Below are positions 60,910 to 63,762 of a stretch of 63,762 bases of DNA, piece by piece (positions within the stretch are counted from its first letter, which is position 1; each line of letters opens with the position of its first letter). Under the pieces are notes generated by a model, which had not been told where the DNA came from, searched no databases, and worked only from the letters and a program-made list of their open reading frames with translations. A program made the translations under genes and the position numbers. The stretch spans positions 1 to 63,762 of the forward strand of contig JBIOUU010000070.1 in the NCBI GenBank assembly GCA_044867345.1, in the 5' to 3' direction. This stretch comes from Actinomycetota bacterium (GTDB taxonomy: Bacteria > Actinomycetota > UBA4738 > HRBIN12).

Positions 60910-61500
60910 TCAGGACCGGACGCCGTCGCCGGGGCCTCCGACTTCCCGCTCCGTGCGCGGGGTCGCGGCTCGAGCCGCCCAGGCAAAGCTGAGGGCTCCC
61001 CCCGTCGCCGCCAGCAATCCCCCCGCTACCACCAGGAACAGCCCAGGCTGCAACGACACGTGGAACCGCCGCTCGTAGACGGCCGCGAGGCGAGACCGCA
61101 CCTCCTCGTACGGCAGGTGGAGGTCGGCGGCGAGCTCCCGGGCGATGCGGTCCCGTTGGCCGGACGAGGTGAACCTGGCGTTGCCGCGAACGGCGTCGGC
61201 GGCGGCGATCGCCGCAGCCGACAGCCCGAGCGCCAGGATGGCCACCGCGACGGTCCGGCGGGCCGAAGAAGTGCCCATCAGCCGCATCATCACCATCTCC
61301 ACCAGGATCACGACGCCGATCGCCAGGGCGACGATGCCTTCCCACACGTCCGTCCCTCGGGTCGGCGTATCGAACGGCGGGACCTTCGCCCAGGTCATGA
61401 GCGAGCCGAGGGAGATCATCAGCCCACCCGTCGTCAGGGTGAGGAATCCGGCCAGTCGGAGCGTCGTGGGGCGAGCCGTCGAGACCATCTCGCGGGTCAT
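60910..61500 (-). CDS. Membrane protein of unknown function
   Basis: It has four hydrophobic helices. The start is uncertain (Met codons at 61551, 61500 and 61488). Confidence 0.5.
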   Translation of the reverse strand: MTREMVSTARPTTLRLAGFLTLTTGGLMISLGSLMTWAKVPPFDTPTRGTDVWEGIVALAIGVVILVEMVMMRLMGTSSARRTVAVAILALGLSAAAIAAADAVRGNARFTSSGQRDRIARELAADLHLPYEEVRSRLAAVYERRFHVSLQPGLFLVVAGGLLAATGGALSFAWAARAATPRTEREVGGPGDGVRS

Positions 61501-61562
61501 GTCGGGCTGGAGTGTGGCACCCGTCTCCGGCGCGTGGAAGCACCGGCGCATAGGATGCCAAC

Positions 61563-61733
61563 GTGGCGAGGTTCCTCCAGTTGGTGGCGGAGCACACCCG
61601 AAATTTCTTCACGAACTGGCGGGAGTACGACGCGCCGCTCGGAAGGAAGCTCGCGCTCACGTTCCGGAACCGATTCCGGGCGACGTTCTCCATAGCCCAG
61701 TGCTGCGGGCACCCGGGCGAGCCGGGCTGCTGA
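61563..61733 (+). CDS. Candidate 56-aa protein ending in the cysteine motif CCGHPGEPGC (below the ORF-track cutoff)
   Basis: GTG 61563 lies 7 nt after AGGA, and an in-frame TAG sits at 61551. The peptide is VARFLQLVAEHTRNFFTNWREYDAPLGRKLALTFRNRFRATFSIAQCCGHPGEPGC. By hand count, 50 of 56 codons end in G/C. A hairpin follows the stop. Confidence 0.5.
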   Translation: MARFLQLVAEHTRNFFTNWREYDAPLGRKLALTFRNRFRATFSIAQCCGHPGEPGC

Positions 61734-61747
61734 CAGATCCAGGGAGC

Positions 61748-61766
61748 GGGCCCCGGTCCGGGGCCC
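61748..61766. terminator. GC-rich palindromic hairpin between the convergent small ORF and the DUF1918 gene
   Basis: GGGCCCC-GGTCC-GGGGCCC forms the hairpin. No U-tract is present. Confidence 0.45.
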
Positions 61767-61796
61767 GGGGAGCACCACGGATCCGGCTGAGGCGTG

Positions 61797-62105
61797 CTAC
61801 CGCTTCGCCCGGCCCTTCCTCCCGGTCGTGCCGCGGCTTGTCGCCGCCCGCTTCGCGGTGGTCTTGCTCGGCGTTGCCGCACGCGGTTTGGCCTTCGCCA
61901 CCCCCACGGCGGCCACGATCCTGGCCGAACCACCGCTCGGACTGAACACCGATTCGTGGCCATCGCTCCACCGGACGCGGTAGCGGATCCCCACCTCTCC
62001 CTGGATGACCTCCAGGATCTCGCCCTCCCGCGTCGGCTGGCCTACGGCCTCGGACTCGACCTCGATCCTCTCTCCAGGCTTCCCGGTCATCTGCGTCGCC
62101 TCCAT
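61797..62105 (-). CDS. DUF1918-like protein with a Lys/Arg/Ala/Thr-rich basic C-terminal tail
   Basis: The core GEILEVIQGEVGIRYRVRWSDGHESVFSP matches the DUF1918 pattern. The tail is AKAKPRAATPSKTTAKRAATSRGTTGRKGRAKR. Confidence 0.65.
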   Translation of the reverse strand: MEATQMTGKPGERIEVESEAVGQPTREGEILEVIQGEVGIRYRVRWSDGHESVFSPSGGSARIVAAVGVAKAKPRAATPSKTTAKRAATSRGTTGRKGRAKR

Positions 62106-62147
62106 CGTGCGTGGCTTGACCGCCGTTGCGCGGCTCTCAACCCGAGA

Positions 62148-63224
62148 TTACTCCTGACCGTCCTCGCGGTGCAGCGCGCTGGCCACGGCCTCGGCAACCT
62201 CCGTCGTGGATGCCTTCCCGCCGAGATCGGGGGTCTTGACGATGCCCTTCTTCAGCACTCGATCCACGGCCTCCTCGACCGATCGGGCCGCGGCCGCTTC
62301 CCCCAGGTGCCGTAGGAGCATCGCTCCCGAGAGGATCATGGCCAGCGGGTTCGCCCGGCCGGCTCCGGCGATGTCCGGGGCGCTTCCGTGCACCGGCTCG
62401 AACACGGCGTACTCCCAGCCGAGATTGGCCCCGGGCGCCAGGCCCAGCCCACCCACCAGCCCGGCACACAGGTCGGAGAGGATATCGCCGTACAGATTCG
62501 GCAGCAGCAGCAGGTCGAAGTCCTCGGGGGAGCGGGTCAGCCGCATCGAGAGGTGATCGATCTGCGTCTCCTGCGATCCGACGTCCGCGTTCCCCTCGGC
62601 TTCCTCCAGGAAGATCCGCAGGAACAGCCCGTCGGAGAACAGCATGATGTTCGCCTTGTGGCCGAGTGTGACCGACGTCCTGCCCTGCGCGCGGGCGAAC
62701 TCGAAGGCGAAGCGGACGATCCGCCGGGCCCCGGTCACCGAGATGGGCTTCACCGTGACCCCCGCGTCCTCGCGGATCACGTGCCCGAGCTCCGTCAGCT
62801 TGCGCCGGAGGTCCCCGGTCTCGGGGGCTCCGCGCTCGAACTCGATGCCGGCGTACAGGTCCTCGGTGTTCTCCCTGATGATGACTAGATCGACGCCGGG
62901 ATAGCGAGTGGGGACGCCGGGGAGCGACCGGGACGGGCGAACCGCGGCGAACAGGTCCAGTTCGTGACGCAAGGCCACGTTCACGCTTCGAAAGCCCGTG
63001 CCGACCGGCGTGGTGATCGGTCCCTTGAGCGCCACCCGTGTTCGGCGGATCGATTCGAGGACCCGTGACGGTAGCGGCGTGCCCTCGCGCGCGACGGCGC
63101 GCTCGCCCGCCTCCTCGACCACCCACTCCAGCGCGATCCCGGTAGCGTCGAGCACTCGCCGGGCGGCCTCGGAAACCTCGGGGCCGATGCCGTCGCCAGG
63201 GATCAGGGTCACGAGGTGCGCCAC
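62148..63224 (-). CDS. Second NAD-type isocitrate dehydrogenase-like paralog
   Basis: It contains [53 protein letters not shown], and NLYGDILSD. It is collinear with 57916-59001. The start is GTG 63224 or 63233; the track ORF extension is Arg/Pro-rich. Confidence 0.8.
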   Translation of the reverse strand: MAHLVTLIPGDGIGPEVSEAARRVLDATGIALEWVVEEAGERAVAREGTPLPSRVLESIRRTRVALKGPITTPVGTGFRSVNVALRHELDLFAAVRPSRSLPGVPTRYPGVDLVIIRENTEDLYAGIEFERGAPETGDLRRKLTELGHVIREDAGVTVKPISVTGARRIVRFAFEFARAQGRTSVTLGHKANIMLFSDGLFLRIFLEEAEGNADVGSQETQIDHLSMRLTRSPEDFDLLLLPNLYGDILSDLCAGLVGGLGLAPGANLGWEYAVFEPVHGSAPDIAGAGRANPLAMILSGAMLLRHLGEAAAARSVEEAVDRVLKKGIVKTPDLGGKASTTEVAEAVASALHREDGQE

Positions 63225-63299
63225 GGGCCGCACGATACCGGACCATCCGGCGCGATCCGGCGTCCGTACACCTCTCCGAGACCGAAGAGGGGTGCGCGG

Positions 63300-63762
63300 A
63301 TGCGTCGGTCGATCGCGCTGGTGCTGGGGGCATCGCTCTTCCTGTTGATGGCGGGGGAGGCCCGGGCCGCCACGGTCGACATCTCGATCGTCGGCGTCTC
63401 GGCCGGGTTCGACCCCACGACCGCCACCGGGGCCATCGGCGACACGTTCCACTGGACGAACAACGACAGCATCACGCACACCACGACGCAGAACGGCCCA
63501 CTCTCGCTGTGGAACTCCGGGAACATCATCGCCGGCAACGCCTTCTCCAAGAGGATCGACTTCGCCGGCTCCTACCCGTACCACTGCAGCATCCACACCT
63601 CGATGACCGGCTCCGTGAAGGTCCCAGCCCGGGTAACCCCGACCTCGGGAAGCGTCGGCGCAACGTTCGCGGTCAACGTGGCCGACCGGAGGGCCCCGAG
63701 CGGCCTGGTCTTCGACGTCCAGCGCAAGAAGGGGAGCGGGAGCTGGACGGCGTGGAAGACGG
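63300..63762 (+). CDS. Secreted cupredoxin-like (type-1 copper) protein; the 3' end lies outside the window
   Basis: This ORF is not in the track because it runs off the edge. It has the signal peptide MRRSIALVLGASLFLLMAGEARA. A candidate His ligand lies in SITHTT, and the ligand loop is YHCSIHTSM (C-x2-H-x2-M). Confidence 0.65.
   Translation, partial: MRRSIALVLGASLFLLMAGEARAATVDISIVGVSAGFDPTTATGAIGDTFHWTNNDSITHTTTQNGPLSLWNSGNIIAGNAFSKRIDFAGSYPYHCSIHTSMTGSVKVPARVTPTSGSVGATFAVNVADRRAPSGLVFDVQRKKGSGSWTAWKT

Overview
High-GC (roughly 65-70%) chromosomal segment with actinobacterial gene order. All family calls come from motif and architecture recognition by eye; no searches were run. The core genes are UDG, tsaE-tsaB-rimI-tsaD, groES-groEL with a perfect CIRCE operator, cysC, guaB3-like plus guaA, a class E sortase and pcrA. 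They continue with a stand-alone B12-binding domain gene plus sucCD, a PerM-like membrane protein, purN-purH-folD-MTHFR, citrate synthase, mdh and two NAD-IDH-like paralogs. The main accessory feature is a ~28.4-kb Wzx/Wzy-type polysaccharide island (about 3494-31881) between tsaD and groES, which are adjacent in Mycobacterium tuberculosis. It encodes a priming phosphoglycosyltransferase, three GT4 enzymes, a flippase, a Wzy-like polymerase and a Wzz/BY-kinase with a repetitive tail. It also encodes UDP-glucose dehydrogenase, two SDR epimerases, exported enzymes, two sulfotransferases, two small P-loop kinase-like proteins and two tandem nucleotidyltransferase-like/thymidylate-kinase-like fusion paralogs. 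Its regulators are an XRE protein, a GAF histidine kinase with a LuxR regulator, and an Asp-less orphan regulator. Together with cysC just outside the island, this reads as a candidate sulfated (and possibly phosphorylated or nucleotidylated) exopolysaccharide system, and it is my best candidate for the undescribed system. Smaller points include an apparent CTG start for groES and two ORFs below the 60-aa track cutoff, one ending in CCGHPGEPGC. There is also a DUF1918 protein with a histone-like tail. I found no rRNA, tRNA, CRISPR array, transposase or integrase.
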